Of a stretch of DNA of 63,150 bases, positions 17,003-26,480 are shown in pieces. Location of the stretch: positions 1 to 63,150 of IMG/VR virus record IMGVR_UViG_3300049928_000025. One strand, given 5' to 3'. Within the stretch, counting starts at the first letter, position 1; the number at the start of each line of letters is the position of its first letter. The translations under genes were made by a program, and so were the position numbers. This DNA is from a virus. Taxonomy: Duplodnaviria > Caudoviricetes. The notes below the pieces were generated by a model. The model made no database searches. It was not told the DNA's origin and saw only the letters and a list, made by a program, of their open reading frames with translations.

Positions 17003-17220
17003 CCGCCCTCCGTCTCGCGAAGTGCCGCGCGGGCGCCGGTCACGGCCGGAAGCCATTCGTTGAGCGGCACACCCTCCGGCGGATCCATGGCATCCATGGC
17101 GGCAAAGACGGAGAGGGCACCGCGCAGTCGGGCATTCTCGGTGGCGAGACGGGCCGCATCTTGGTTCGCGCCGACGGCTCGCCTTCGGTCGCCCCAGCGC
17201 TTGGTGGTCTCGACGCTCAT
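16999..17220 (-). CDS. Hypothetical protein
   Basis: Coupled to 17217-17594. Confidence 0.55.
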   Translation of the reverse strand: MSVETTKRWGDRRRAVGANQDAARLATENARLRGALSVFAAMDAMDPPEGVPLNEWLPAVTGARAALRETEGG

Positions 17221-17594
17221 AGATCTGCCGCCCGGGGCTCGAACCGGAACGCCGCCTGCTCGGGCAGCACGTTCCCGTCCTCGTCACACCGAACCCAGCG
17301 GTCGCCCTCCCAGGAGCACGCGCCGCCCGGCATCTCGGTCCAGCGGTGGCCCCAGACCGGATAGCTACCCATCGTGCCGCCCATGAACACCTCAGCGGTC
17401 GCGGGCTGGCCGTCCCACATCAGGAGGCGGCCCACGGCGCGTCGCTCGCGGCCAGAGCCCGCGAAGTGCGCCGAGGTGATCTCGCGGAAGGATGGCGGGA
17501 CGCCCGGCGGCAGGACCGCCAGGAGAACGAGGCGCACGGCGTCGGCGGCCGAGCGGAATTCGGAGAGGCGGGCTTCGGGGCGGCTTGGCATCAC
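17217..17594 (-). CDS. Hypothetical protein
   Basis: Coupled ORF. Confidence 0.6.
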   Translation of the reverse strand: MMPSRPEARLSEFRSAADAVRLVLLAVLPPGVPPSFREITSAHFAGSGRERRAVGRLLMWDGQPATAEVFMGGTMGSYPVWGHRWTEMPGGACSWEGDRWVRCDEDGNVLPEQAAFRFEPRAADL

Positions 17595-18319
17595 GCGGCC
17601 TCCGACTCGGTCGCGCCGGTCGTGGCCGGCTCCCCAATGAACTTTCGGCGAATGTCCCCCAGGCGCTCGTGGGTGACGTATTCCTCGTATTTGTCCGGGC
17701 AGCGATTGCAGCGCCAGCTAATCCAGTTCGTGTAGCCGTTCCAGCCGCACCCCCAATCGAAGAGGGTTCCCTCGCCACACGGGCAGGGTCGATGGGCGCG
17801 CCTGTCATAGGTGGCAGCGTCGTTGTCGGCGACCTCGCACCGGATTGGGCTGCCGCCCTCGTAGGGGCCGAGGAGAACGTGCATTTTCGGGTCGGGAAGG
17901 TTGCCCGCCAACCCATCCTCAATCACCTTTAAGCAGCGGTGAGGGTAGTCGCTCCATTGCTCATAGACGGAGTGCGCGGCACGATGGCTGAGGCCGTTGT
18001 CGGTTAGTATCTTCATCACGAACTCCTCGGCGGCATGCCAAGCGTACCTAACACCAGTCGAGTTGCCGCCTCGGCTAACACGATAAGTCTCGCCGCATAC
18101 AGTCAATCTCCGCCCCGCCCCAAAAGATGGAACGTACCTGCCGAGCGGGTGCGTATCGCATATTGCGCGCCCGACCTCTTGGCGCACCTTGCAGATCTTG
18201 GTCCAAGTTGGTCCGCTATAAGAGTGCTTGAACCTGAACTGGATAGCGACCTCCAATTCTTCCGCAGTCGTGGCAGCGCGCATCCCATCGAGATAGTCGA
18301 TCAACCGCACCTTAGGCAT
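17591..18319 (-). CDS. Hypothetical protein with C-terminal Cys motifs
   Basis: GGAGG RBS; CPC, CNRC. Confidence 0.75.
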   Translation of the reverse strand: MPKVRLIDYLDGMRAATTAEELEVAIQFRFKHSYSGPTWTKICKVRQEVGRAICDTHPLGRYVPSFGAGRRLTVCGETYRVSRGGNSTGVRYAWHAAEEFVMKILTDNGLSHRAAHSVYEQWSDYPHRCLKVIEDGLAGNLPDPKMHVLLGPYEGGSPIRCEVADNDAATYDRRAHRPCPCGEGTLFDWGCGWNGYTNWISWRCNRCPDKYEEYVTHERLGDIRRKFIGEPATTGATESEAA

Positions 18320-18335
18320 CGAGCGCCTCCATTCA

Positions 18336-18420
18336 TATGTACGATTGAAGCTATATCGTACCTATTGTAGCGTCAATATCGTAGGTACGAAATCGGTACC
18401 ATTGACGGAATTTCGTATGC
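18336..18420. promoter_or_regulatory. Divergent promoter/operator region
   Basis: AT-rich; inverted repeat TCGTACCTA (18356-64) / TAGGTACGA (18382-90) plus further CGTA half-sites. Confidence 0.65.
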
Positions 18421-18620
18421 ATGCGAAGCGCTGGGCCGTGGGCCGCAAGAAGCAATGGACAGAGCGCTTGACGCTCCCGCTCGACAAAGAGACGCTGGAC
18501 AGGATCGATGCCGTCCGCGCCGAGGGGGAAGCGCGTCTGGACGTTATCCGCGAGGGGATTGCGCTCACCCTCAAGAAGCGTGAGCGCCAGAAGCCCTCCA
18601 AGCCCGAGCCTGCCGCATGA
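18417..18620 (+). CDS. Ribbon-helix-helix regulator (start uncertain)
   Basis: GRKKQWTERLTLPL..ETL.RID......RLDVIRE. Confidence 0.7.
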   Translation: MHAKRWAVGRKKQWTERLTLPLDKETLDRIDAVRAEGEARLDVIREGIALTLKKRERQKPSKPEPAA

Positions 18621-18733
18621 CCCCGCTCGCCTACCTCGCTCTCACCTCCACCCTCGTCCTATCCTGCACCTGGGCTGCTGTGGCGTGGTCGAGGAGGGTG
18701 GCGAGGCGGCTGGATGAGAGGGCGGGACGGTAA
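18617..18733 (+). CDS. 38-aa membrane peptide
   Basis: MTPLAYLALTSTLVLSCTWAAVAW...; ATGA overlap. Confidence 0.45.
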   Translation: MTPLAYLALTSTLVLSCTWAAVAWSRRVARRLDERAGR

Positions 18734-18829
18734 TGAAAAATCTCGCGTCAGCCCGATCCGTAATGATTTTCGCAGCGCCGTAATCGTTTCTGCTGGCCGA
18801 GGCGCTTGTGTTAAACGAACCGGCCTTTC

Positions 18830-19252
18830 GTGAGACACAACGGCCCTAGTGTTCAACCGATAAGCGACATCGCGCCCGTATTGCCGATCGTCTGGCGTCA
18901 CACCTGGCCCGAGCGCGGCCCGGATTTCGTCGCCTCGATCGCGGGCGGACGGATCGGCCGCATCCACAAATCGCACCCCGACCATATCGCGCAGCGGGAG
19001 TGGGTCTGGTCGCTCGCCTACAGGCCCAGGACCAGGATCCCCATGCAGGGGAGGGTTCACACCAAGCAGGAGGCCGCTGAGGCCATCCGCTCGAGCCTGA
19101 ATGCCGAGATGCGGTGGCACGCCGAGCGGAACGTGCCGCTGCTGCTGGATCGGGCCGAGCCGGGACCCGATCCCCGCCTGGACTGGATGCGCTCGCCGGT
19201 GCGGCTCGTCATCGGGCGGGATGTGCCGTGGCCATGCGATGAGCGACCTTGA
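18830..19252 (+). CDS. Hypothetical protein (start uncertain)
   Basis: W.HTWP...DF....GRI...W.WS pattern. Confidence 0.6.
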   Translation: MRHNGPSVQPISDIAPVLPIVWRHTWPERGPDFVASIAGGRIGRIHKSHPDHIAQREWVWSLAYRPRTRIPMQGRVHTKQEAAEAIRSSLNAEMRWHAERNVPLLLDRAEPGPDPRLDWMRSPVRLVIGRDVPWPCDERP

Positions 19253-19270
19253 AAAATCCGCTAAAGAGGA

Positions 19271-19299
19271 TTGACGATATCCGCTTAAGCGGATACCTT
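19271..19299 (+). promoter_or_regulatory. Sigma70-like promoter with perfect 18-bp palindromic operator
   Basis: TTGACG-17-TACCTT; TATCCGCTTAAGCGGATA at 19278-19295. Confidence 0.8.
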
Positions 19300-19324
19300 G
19301 CTCATACCGAAACGGAGCAAGCCA

Positions 19325-19528
19325 ATGACCGCCCAGGACATCGCCAAGCAGACCTCTCCCGCAGTGCTCGCCGCCTACCGGCGCATCCGCGCCCGTCAGA
19401 TGACTGGTTACGTCCCGCTTTTGGTGGCGAGCACCCAGACCGCGGCGAGGGCGGCCTTGTCTCAGGCGAGGAACGAAGTGGCGGAAGCCGAGCGGGAAGC
19501 CTCAAAGCCGAAGGTTCAAGGCTGGTAA
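19325..19528 (+). CDS. Small hypothetical protein
   Basis: GGAG RBS after promoter. Confidence 0.7.
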   Translation: MTAQDIAKQTSPAVLAAYRRIRARQMTGYVPLLVASTQTAARAALSQARNEVAEAEREASKPKVQGW

Positions 19529-19761
19529 TGGAACCCGCGGATTTCGCCGCGTGGCTTGAGCACGTCCAAGCTCGCCACGGTTGGACCAAGGCCGAGGCGA
19601 TGCGCCGCCTCGGGGCCGACAAAAACCAGTCTGCGCGCTGGACTCGCGAGGGGGCGACAATCCCCCTCTACATCGCCCTTGCCTGCGCTGGCCTCGCGCG
19701 CAGGACGCCCATTGCCCCGTGGTCGGGCGATGTCGAGCCTCGAACGGAGCGCCAACCATGA
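19528..19761 (+). CDS. Small HTH regulator (KorC/Aca-like)
   Basis: M..ADF.AW......TKAEA.R.LG......RW.....IP.YIALAC. Confidence 0.75.
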   Translation: MEPADFAAWLEHVQARHGWTKAEAMRRLGADKNQSARWTREGATIPLYIALACAGLARRTPIAPWSGDVEPRTERQP

Positions 19762-19973
19762 AAAACTCTTACGTCTGGCACATCGCCTTCACCCAGACCG
19801 GCAACGAGCCGTTCGGGATCTATGCCCTGATCCAGAACGCACACCAACGCCGAGCCGATGCGGTCGAAGCGGCGCGCCAAGAGGACGGGTGCGGGCTGCG
19901 CTGTGGGGCATTCGCCAAGCGCCGCCGCGTCGCGGTCGAGGAAAAAGCGAAGGCCCGCCCGGCCGGAGCCTGA
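19758..19973 (+). CDS. Hypothetical protein
   Basis: ATGA overlap, GGAG RBS. Confidence 0.55.
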   Translation: MKNSYVWHIAFTQTGNEPFGIYALIQNAHQRRADAVEAARQEDGCGLRCGAFAKRRRVAVEEKAKARPAGA

Positions 19974-20164
19974 CGGGCCTTGATCTCCGCAGGGCGGAGG
20001 AACACCAACCCCAATGGCGGCAGCCACCATCTGACGAGGTCGATCCCCGACAAGGCGAGGAAGCGGGGCGATCGTACCGCAATCAACGGCGTCGGCAAGC
20101 CCTTACGCCGGGTCACATGTCATCGGGCGGGACGTGACGTGGCCGGAGGGGTGGGAGGCGGACG

Positions 20165-20198
20165 AAGAAAAGCCCGCGCCGGGGTGACCGGGCGGGCT
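20165..20198 (-). terminator. Intrinsic terminator ending the late/lysis operon
   Basis: AGCCCGC/GCGGGCT hairpin followed on - strand by a T-rich run. Confidence 0.6.
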
Positions 20199-20260
20199 GA
20201 AGGCGGGTCTCGGGTCTGGAGGATCCGCCGGGCAACGAGCGGGGGGGAGTGGGTTTCGGT

Positions 20261-20785
20261 TCACCCCAACCCAGGACCGTAGAAGCTCCCGGCCTCGGTC
20301 CACCGGTCGATCGCATAGCTGGTAGCCACCATCACGAATACGGCGACCGCGACAACGACGCCCCACCGGATCCAGCGCCGCGGCGGCACGCGCTCCTCGC
20401 CGATCGCCTCGTCAGCGATCAGGTGGAAGTAGGCCCCGCAAGCCACCAGGAACAGGCCGTAGGACACGATCCACGAGTTGGCGAACCAGGCCGGCATGTC
20501 GAGCCAGCGCCAGATGATCGACCACCACCGGGTCAACTGGGTCCCGGCCCAGGACAGGAAAATGCCGAGCGCCAACCAGTGGACTTTGTTGAGCGGCAGC
20601 CGACCGAGCACGATGTCTCGGGTCGTCGTGGCGTAGGCGACGCAGACCCCGGCCGCGAGCGCGACGATGGCGGCGTTCAGGATGCCGATCATCGCCTCCG
20701 ATCCGAGAGTGATCGAACCCAGCAGGAACAAGCCGTTGGGCAGCACGAACAGCAGGGACAGCCGTGACGCGAGGAGGTGCTTCAT
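20261..20785 (-). CDS. Multi-pass membrane protein in lysis module
   Basis: About five hydrophobic segments. Confidence 0.75.
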   Translation of the reverse strand: MKHLLASRLSLLFVLPNGLFLLGSITLGSEAMIGILNAAIVALAAGVCVAYATTTRDIVLGRLPLNKVHWLALGIFLSWAGTQLTRWWSIIWRWLDMPAWFANSWIVSYGLFLVACGAYFHLIADEAIGEERVPPRRWIRWGVVVAVAVFVMVATSYAIDRWTEAGSFYGPGLG

Positions 20786-21033
20786 CGATCCCGTTCCAGG
20801 AGAGCGTTGAGGGTGGCGATCTGCCGGTTGCGGTGCTCCATGCGCCGCTCGGCGGCATCGACCGTGACGCGCATGTCCTCGACCCGGCGCTCCTGCTTGC
20901 GCGCTGCGCTCTGGAGTTCGAGTGCCGACAGCGCGTGCAGTTCGGCAGCTCGGCGCAGATCAGCGCCCGCATCGGAGCAGCGCGCCGGAAAGAGGCGATC
21001 AAGAAGCATCCGGATCCTCCGTCGGATCATCAC
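20782..21033 (-). CDS. Small coiled-coil protein
   Basis: Coupled to both neighbours. Confidence 0.6.
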   Translation of the reverse strand: MMIRRRIRMLLDRLFPARCSDAGADLRRAAELHALSALELQSAARKQERRVEDMRVTVDAAERRMEHRNRQIATLNALLERDR

Positions 21034-21368
21034 GCGCCTCCACGACAGATCGTGTCGATCCGACGCTGGATCTCGCTCATCCTGTCCCGGATCCGCTCGT
21101 CGCTGCCCTCCATCTCCTTCTGGAGCAGGGCGAGCATGCGCAGGATTTCGGTCTGCCCAGCCCTGATGGCGTTGAGGCCGGCGGCCGTCTCGATGTTCGT
21201 GCTGGCCTGGCGTTCGAGGGCCGTCGTGTTGATCTTGGCGTCGGAGACCCGCGCTTCCTGGCAGCCCTGCACGAGCTTGTGCAGGTAGATGACCACCAGA
21301 CACAGCAGCCCGATCATGCCCCAAGGGCCGTAGTCCTTGAGGAGGCTGGCGATTTCGAGCGCGGTCAC
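21030..21368 (-). CDS. Single-TM coiled-coil protein, holin-like candidate
   Basis: YGPWGMIGLLCLVVIYL followed by coiled coil. Confidence 0.6.
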   Translation of the reverse strand: MTALEIASLLKDYGPWGMIGLLCLVVIYLHKLVQGCQEARVSDAKINTTALERQASTNIETAAGLNAIRAGQTEILRMLALLQKEMEGSDERIRDRMSEIQRRIDTICRGGA

Positions 21369-21374
21369 GATCGC

Positions 21375-22073
21375 CTACTTCACCGCCGCCGGCAGGTTCG
21401 CCAGGAACGGCGTCAGCGTGTTGGCGTCGGTCACCGTCTCGTCGAAGTGGAAGGCCCTGAACAGGCGCTCGCTGACGCCCTTCTCGCCGCCGGCCGCCTT
21501 GGTCACCCAGCCCTCGGTCGAGCCCATGGCCCGCTGCAGTCCCACCCGCAGCAGGATCGGAGCGAGATCGACGCTCGCTGCCTGATCCCGAACCGCGCCG
21601 GCGACCGCGTTGATGGCGTAGTCGGCCGCGAGGCGCACCATCCGGTCGATCCGCTGCTGGGTGAACCACATCTGGGCGAACCAGCCGAGCCGGCCGACGA
21701 TCGCGGTCACGATGACGATCACGATGTTGACCAGGGGTTCGCGGATCGTTTCCATCGCGGCGACCAGCCAGGCGCCCCAGGGCAGGATGGTGGCGGTGTT
21801 GCCGACGGTGGCAACCTCGGCGGCGAGCGCCGGGCCGACCATCATCGTTGCCATGAAGGCGAGCGGGAACAGCCAGATCCGCGCGTCGGGCGGCGGCACG
21901 CGCTTCAGCATGTGAGCCAGGACGATGAGGATGCCGAACGCGATGGCGAACACCAGCGAGGCCGAGGACGCATAGTGGTAGAGGACGGAGGGCTCGCCGA
22001 GCCCGAGCGTGCCGGCCATAGCAGGAGAGCAGACGCAGGCGAGCGCCAGCGCCGCGAGCAGTGTGCGGGGCAT
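21375..22073 (-). CDS. Membrane protein, holin-like candidate
   Basis: Several TM segments; lysis cluster. Confidence 0.65.
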   Translation of the reverse strand: MPRTLLAALALACVCSPAMAGTLGLGEPSVLYHYASSASLVFAIAFGILIVLAHMLKRVPPPDARIWLFPLAFMATMMVGPALAAEVATVGNTATILPWGAWLVAAMETIREPLVNIVIVIVTAIVGRLGWFAQMWFTQQRIDRMVRLAADYAINAVAGAVRDQAASVDLAPILLRVGLQRAMGSTEGWVTKAAGGEKGVSERLFRAFHFDETVTDANTLTPFLANLPAAVK

Positions 22074-22121
22074 GATGGTGTCCTGGTTGTGGGGTCCGGC
22101 TGGCCCGGCCGGCGCGGGGTG

Positions 22122-22499
22122 TCACACGAGCGCCAGCACGGCGCCGTTGATAAGGATGTGCAGCGTGTTGTCGGCGATGATGGTCAGCCACACGGCAAGC
22201 CACGGCGACACATCGTCGGGGTATCCGGTCGCCGTGACCGGGCCGCGCGCCCCGTTCTTAAGCCAGACGACGAAACGAGCCAGGCGCCAGCGGTCAACCA
22301 CGAAATGAGTGCCGGCGATCAGCGCCAGGGCCAGCGCGCCGGATAGCCCGCCCGGCACCAGAAGCAGGAACGGCAGGCTGTAGGCCGTCGCGTGCGCGAA
22401 GGCGGCAAGGTGGCTGCGCCCCTTCTCCGTCGCCATCCAGTGGCTCTGGAGCAGGTAGTCGCCGACGAGGTGAGCGACGATCTGGTCAGCGGTGAACAT
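22122..22499 (-). CDS. DUF3307 family membrane protein
   Basis: AHLVGDYLLQS.WMA..K...H...Y...HF.VD...DNT.H. Confidence 0.85.
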   Translation of the reverse strand: MFTADQIVAHLVGDYLLQSHWMATEKGRSHLAAFAHATAYSLPFLLLVPGGLSGALALALIAGTHFVVDRWRLARFVVWLKNGARGPVTATGYPDDVSPWLAVWLTIIADNTLHILINGAVLALV

Positions 22500-22750
22500 C
22501 ACTTCGTCCTCCGCCCGCCGAGCGCCTGGCACCGGTCCAGCGCCGCGCTGATCGCCCGCTCGATGATGATCTGGGTGCGAGCCGTGCGGACAGTGCCGGG
22601 GCGAAGCGCAGCGAGGTCGTCAATCTCCCGCGCCGCCGCGAGGGCGAGGGCATCCACTGGTGGATCCTGCGCATCGCCGAGCGGCATCGGGCCAGCGATC
22701 GGCGCTGGTATGACAGGCTTGTTCGGCGGGATGAGGCGGCGGGCGGGCAT
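22499..22750 (-). CDS. Hypothetical protein
   Basis: Coupled ORF. Confidence 0.5.
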   Translation of the reverse strand: MPARRLIPPNKPVIPAPIAGPMPLGDAQDPPVDALALAAAREIDDLAALRPGTVRTARTQIIIERAISAALDRCQALGGRRTK

Positions 22751-23667
22751 CAGGCAGCCCCCATCCACCGGCGCAGAGCCTCCGGCAGCCAATCCCGCCA
22801 GGACGCACCAGCAGGCGAAGGGCCAGCCATCCTCGTGGGCGGGCTCGGCACCGGCGGGCGAGCCGCTGTCGGCGCCATGGGGGTGAGCGGGCCAGCCGGA
22901 TCGACGTGCGGCGGGGCGGGGAGGGGCGAGACCGCGATCGGCGCGTCCGGGATCCGGGTCGTGACGGCGCCGGGTGCGTGACCGGCCGCGACCAGCGCCG
23001 CCTTGTACCCGGCGTGGATCAGCGCGACGGCGTTGCCGTTCGCCGCGACGTCGCCATTCACCATCGCCCGGGCATCGCGAGCGAGCTCGCGGCCGGGCCC
23101 GAAGAAGTCGGCGAGCCGCTTCCCCGTGTACCAGCCCTCGGAGAGCCCGACGAACAGCATGGCCGCCGAGATGTCGGGGTCGAGCATCAGGCTCGGCGTC
23201 GCCTCGAGATCCTGACCGGGGGAGAGATAGCCGAGGGCGAGAAGCCGCTTCGTGGCCCGCTTGGCGTTGTCCCTGCCGGTGGCTTGGATCAGGCCCATGC
23301 CTCGAAATCGCCAGCCGTCGCCGGGCTGGGAGTTGCCGAGCCGACCGCCGTAGACGTAGTTCGCCAGCCTCTCGGGATCGCGGACGTAGGGCGCGGCGGC
23401 GGCCTCGCTCGCGAAGCGCGTCGGCCAGACCTTCCGGATGCGCGCCGCGGTCGTGTAGTTCAGGTTCTCCACCCGCGGGATCATCGCTCCGCCGGTCTCG
23501 TGGTGCGCCGACGCCAGGCTGTAGGCCAGCGGCGCCGTGCTCATGTCGGGCGGGGCCATGTCGAGCAGGGCGTTGATGCCGTCGACCTGGGATTGCATCA
23601 GGGGCCCACCGAACGGGCGCTGTCGCGCAGCCGTGAAGAAGCGCTCGCGATCGAGGCTCGCGGTCAT
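22750..23667 (-). CDS. Endolysin, GH19 (chitinase-like) family with Pro-rich tail
   Basis: HHETGG..ENLNY..ANYVYGGRLGN..GDGWRFRGMGLIQATGRDN. Confidence 0.9.
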   Translation of the reverse strand: MTASLDRERFFTAARQRPFGGPLMQSQVDGINALLDMAPPDMSTAPLAYSLASAHHETGGAMIPRVENLNYTTAARIRKVWPTRFASEAAAAPYVRDPERLANYVYGGRLGNSQPGDGWRFRGMGLIQATGRDNAKRATKRLLALGYLSPGQDLEATPSLMLDPDISAAMLFVGLSEGWYTGKRLADFFGPGRELARDARAMVNGDVAANGNAVALIHAGYKAALVAAGHAPGAVTTRIPDAPIAVSPLPAPPHVDPAGPLTPMAPTAARPPVPSPPTRMAGPSPAGASWRDWLPEALRRWMGAA

Positions 23668-23731
23668 CAGGATCTCCGGATTGTCAGGGGTGGTGCGTGT
23701 TGGCCCGGGCCGGGTGGCGCGGCGGGCGATG

Positions 23732-24475
23732 CTAGCCGAACAATTTTCGGGCTGCGGCAATGGCGAGGAGCGCCTTCGACATCGCCGCCATTTCGACATC
23801 CAAAACAACGCGGGGCACGATGCAGATGCACCACATGTTGATGAGGGCGTTGAAATTGTCGCCGGTGATCCCCGGTCGACCGAGCCGCAGGGGGACATCG
23901 GACAGGCTGCGGGGCAGCACGGGCGCGGGCTGTTGCGCCATCGTGCCGACGGTCAGATCGTCCATCCGCGTAGCATAATTGTCTGCCGCTCGAACGCAGA
24001 ACAGCCGCGGCGAGTGTGTTACGGATCCGGTCGTCACATAATCAGTAGAGACCGAACCATTAGAAGCTCTGCGTCCGACAAGGGCGTTGACGGTGTTTGT
24101 TCCATCGTTTCCAACAAAGATATTAAATCCTATTTTTCCAGCAGCATCATAGCTGCCGACTATGTAGCCGTAATTTCCAAACGGAACGCTGTTGGCCATC
24201 ATGCCGACGAACACCGTCAGTGCGGTTTGATCGGCAATCAGCGTGTCGACCCAGCTGTTCTGATCGAACAGCACGAAGTTCTGATTGACGTTGTCGGACG
24301 AGCCGAACCGCGGCGCACCGACGATCCTGCCGGGCAGGCCGTCTGGCGCGAGGTTTCGGCCCGGGTCGACGTCGCCGAATATGTTGAGGTAGATCGCATC
24401 CTCAATCGGCGAGATCATCTCGGTTGCGAAAGCGAGGTAGTCGGCGCCGTCGAGATTGATCGCTGCGCGAGCCAT
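23732..24475 (-). CDS. Tail-associated beta-sandwich protein
   Basis: Follows tail spike gene; beta-rich. Confidence 0.65.
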   Translation of the reverse strand: MARAAINLDGADYLAFATEMISPIEDAIYLNIFGDVDPGRNLAPDGLPGRIVGAPRFGSSDNVNQNFVLFDQNSWVDTLIADQTALTVFVGMMANSVPFGNYGYIVGSYDAAGKIGFNIFVGNDGTNTVNALVGRRASNGSVSTDYVTTGSVTHSPRLFCVRAADNYATRMDDLTVGTMAQQPAPVLPRSLSDVPLRLGRPGITGDNFNALINMWCICIVPRVVLDVEMAAMSKALLAIAAARKLFG

Positions 24476-24496
24476 GGTCAGCGCTCCTGCTATCAG

Positions 24497-26419
24497 TCAG
24501 ATGCGGTTCGCGGCGATGTTGAACGCCACGCACCAGTTCCAGAGGGGATAGGGTTTTCCGACAAGTGCAGCGATGTTCTCGCTCGGATACTGCCCGCTGC
24601 CGGCCGTGTACTCGAAATTGAACGGCGCGCGCGTCGGATCGCTGTCGCAGAGGTTGCCGCCACCCTCGGCATCGTCGAGGCGGCCGTACCAGACGCGGGC
24701 CTCGCCCTGGGGCTCACGGGTCAGGTAGATCGCCACGCCTGTGTCGGAGGCGAGATCCACGCGGCGGATCGGGATCTTGCCGGCCGCGTCCGTGACCGTG
24801 AATCCCCTGGCCGGGTAGGTCTTGAGCGCGTTGCCGACTACGGCGTCCTGGAACTGGAGCGGGGGGCACGGGACGTGGAAATCCACGAGCACCGTCCGCC
24901 CCCGGACGGTCGCCTGTAGCGGCGAAGTGGGCCTCCAGCGCTCACCCAGGATCTGCGTCCGATAGAGCACTTTGCCGAACTGGCAGCCGAGCCAGCGCGA
25001 GCCGTTGGCGTTGAGGTGCCCGCCCTTGTCGCTGACCGGGTAGGACGGCGCGACGAGGTGCCAGCTGTCGCGCTCCTCGGAGAGTTGGAGCTGCGCCATC
25101 GCGATCGAGAGGCCGGTCGCGTCGACCGTGTAGCTGCCGCCGGTCTGGTAGGTCAGGACCATCGGCGGGTCGGCCTGGCCGGTCAGGGCCATCGAGTCCG
25201 ACCCGATATTGTCGAACAAGGACCGCATCTTGGCTTTGTAGCCCTCCAGAGAGGGCGTGCCGCCGGCGTCGGAGAAATAATCAAACTCACCCTGCAAATA
25301 CATCACCGCGCCAACCCCGAATGTAGATCCGTTCGGGGTTGCTGCCTTTACGCCGGAGATTGCATCGGTCAGGCGCTGGTAGAGGTTCGGGCTCGCTCCC
25401 CTCATCAACTGCGAGATGTTGCGACCGGACACCGAGCAGTTGACGCCCACCCATTTGCGGTCTGGGTCGGCCAGTTGACCGCGGCGCTTCAGGTGCAGTT
25501 GCCGGGCGAACGCCAGCGCCCCCGGCAGGATCGTCTCGCCATATGCGGGGTCGTTGACGGGCAGCGCCGCGGCCTGCGCGGCCGTCAGCATCGTGCCGTC
25601 CTGACGCTGGCAGGTCGCCACGAGCGGGCGCAGGAGCGCATCACCCACCGGCACGAATGCCGGATCGTAGGGGCCGGCCGGGCGCTCGCACCGGCCCCAC
25701 ATCAGCACGTCGGCGATCCCTTGGACCGTCAGCGCCGGCCAGGCCTCCTGCCCGGCGCCGAGCGACTGGCCGTAGACGAGGAGGAGATTGTAGGCCCACG
25801 CCAGCGACGGCGCGGAGCCGCGCACGGCGTAGCGCTGGTGGACCGCCAGGGCGAGAGCCCGGGCGTTGCGCTCCCGCACCTCGTGCGCGCTGTAGTCGCC
25901 CGCGGGGCGGCCCGAGAGGTCGTGCACGATCCCGTGGCGACTGACGCGCGGCCCGATGATCCCGAGGCGATCGACGAACGCGAGGCCGCCGTTGGGGAGG
26001 ATGCGGGTGCTGTAGCCGCGCAGGGACAGGCCAGCGCCGCGTAGCCGGAATGCCGTAGCGGCGGCTGGGCCGGCCAGCTCGAGGCCGCGCCGACCAAATC
26101 GGGCAAGGATCAGGCCGAGGATCGGGTCGCGAAGGTCGAGTCCCGCCCCCTCGGGACCTGAAACCAGATGCTGACGGGTGTAGGCCGTGGCGGTGTCCAG
26201 GCTGTCGAGTGCCGCGCTCAATTCGTTGAGGTCATTGCGCAGGCTGGTGAACTGGCTGGGATCGAACCCGGCCGCGGCGCTCAGGACGTCGATCCGGGCA
26301 AGCACTTCCGTCAGGAGCACGCGGATCTGCGCCTTGTCGGGCCGGTGGGGGCCGAGCAACGGGTTCAGCCCATTGACGAGGTCGCGCCAGATGTCGTTAG
26401 GCTGGTAGGGCCAGGCCAT
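24497..26419 (-). CDS. Tail spike/receptor-binding protein with SGNH-type carbohydrate esterase domain
   Basis: YGQSL, YLQGEFD, DKGGHL motifs. Confidence 0.75.
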   Translation of the reverse strand: MAWPYQPNDIWRDLVNGLNPLLGPHRPDKAQIRVLLTEVLARIDVLSAAAGFDPSQFTSLRNDLNELSAALDSLDTATAYTRQHLVSGPEGAGLDLRDPILGLILARFGRRGLELAGPAAATAFRLRGAGLSLRGYSTRILPNGGLAFVDRLGIIGPRVSRHGIVHDLSGRPAGDYSAHEVRERNARALALAVHQRYAVRGSAPSLAWAYNLLLVYGQSLGAGQEAWPALTVQGIADVLMWGRCERPAGPYDPAFVPVGDALLRPLVATCQRQDGTMLTAAQAAALPVNDPAYGETILPGALAFARQLHLKRRGQLADPDRKWVGVNCSVSGRNISQLMRGASPNLYQRLTDAISGVKAATPNGSTFGVGAVMYLQGEFDYFSDAGGTPSLEGYKAKMRSLFDNIGSDSMALTGQADPPMVLTYQTGGSYTVDATGLSIAMAQLQLSEERDSWHLVAPSYPVSDKGGHLNANGSRWLGCQFGKVLYRTQILGERWRPTSPLQATVRGRTVLVDFHVPCPPLQFQDAVVGNALKTYPARGFTVTDAAGKIPIRRVDLASDTGVAIYLTREPQGEARVWYGRLDDAEGGGNLCDSDPTRAPFNFEYTAGSGQYPSENIAALVGKPYPLWNWCVAFNIAANRI

Positions 26420-26480
26420 AAGCAAAACTCACGATGAGAAAGAGCAAGTTGCAGCGCCTCGAGCGCTGCAGAACGCGACC

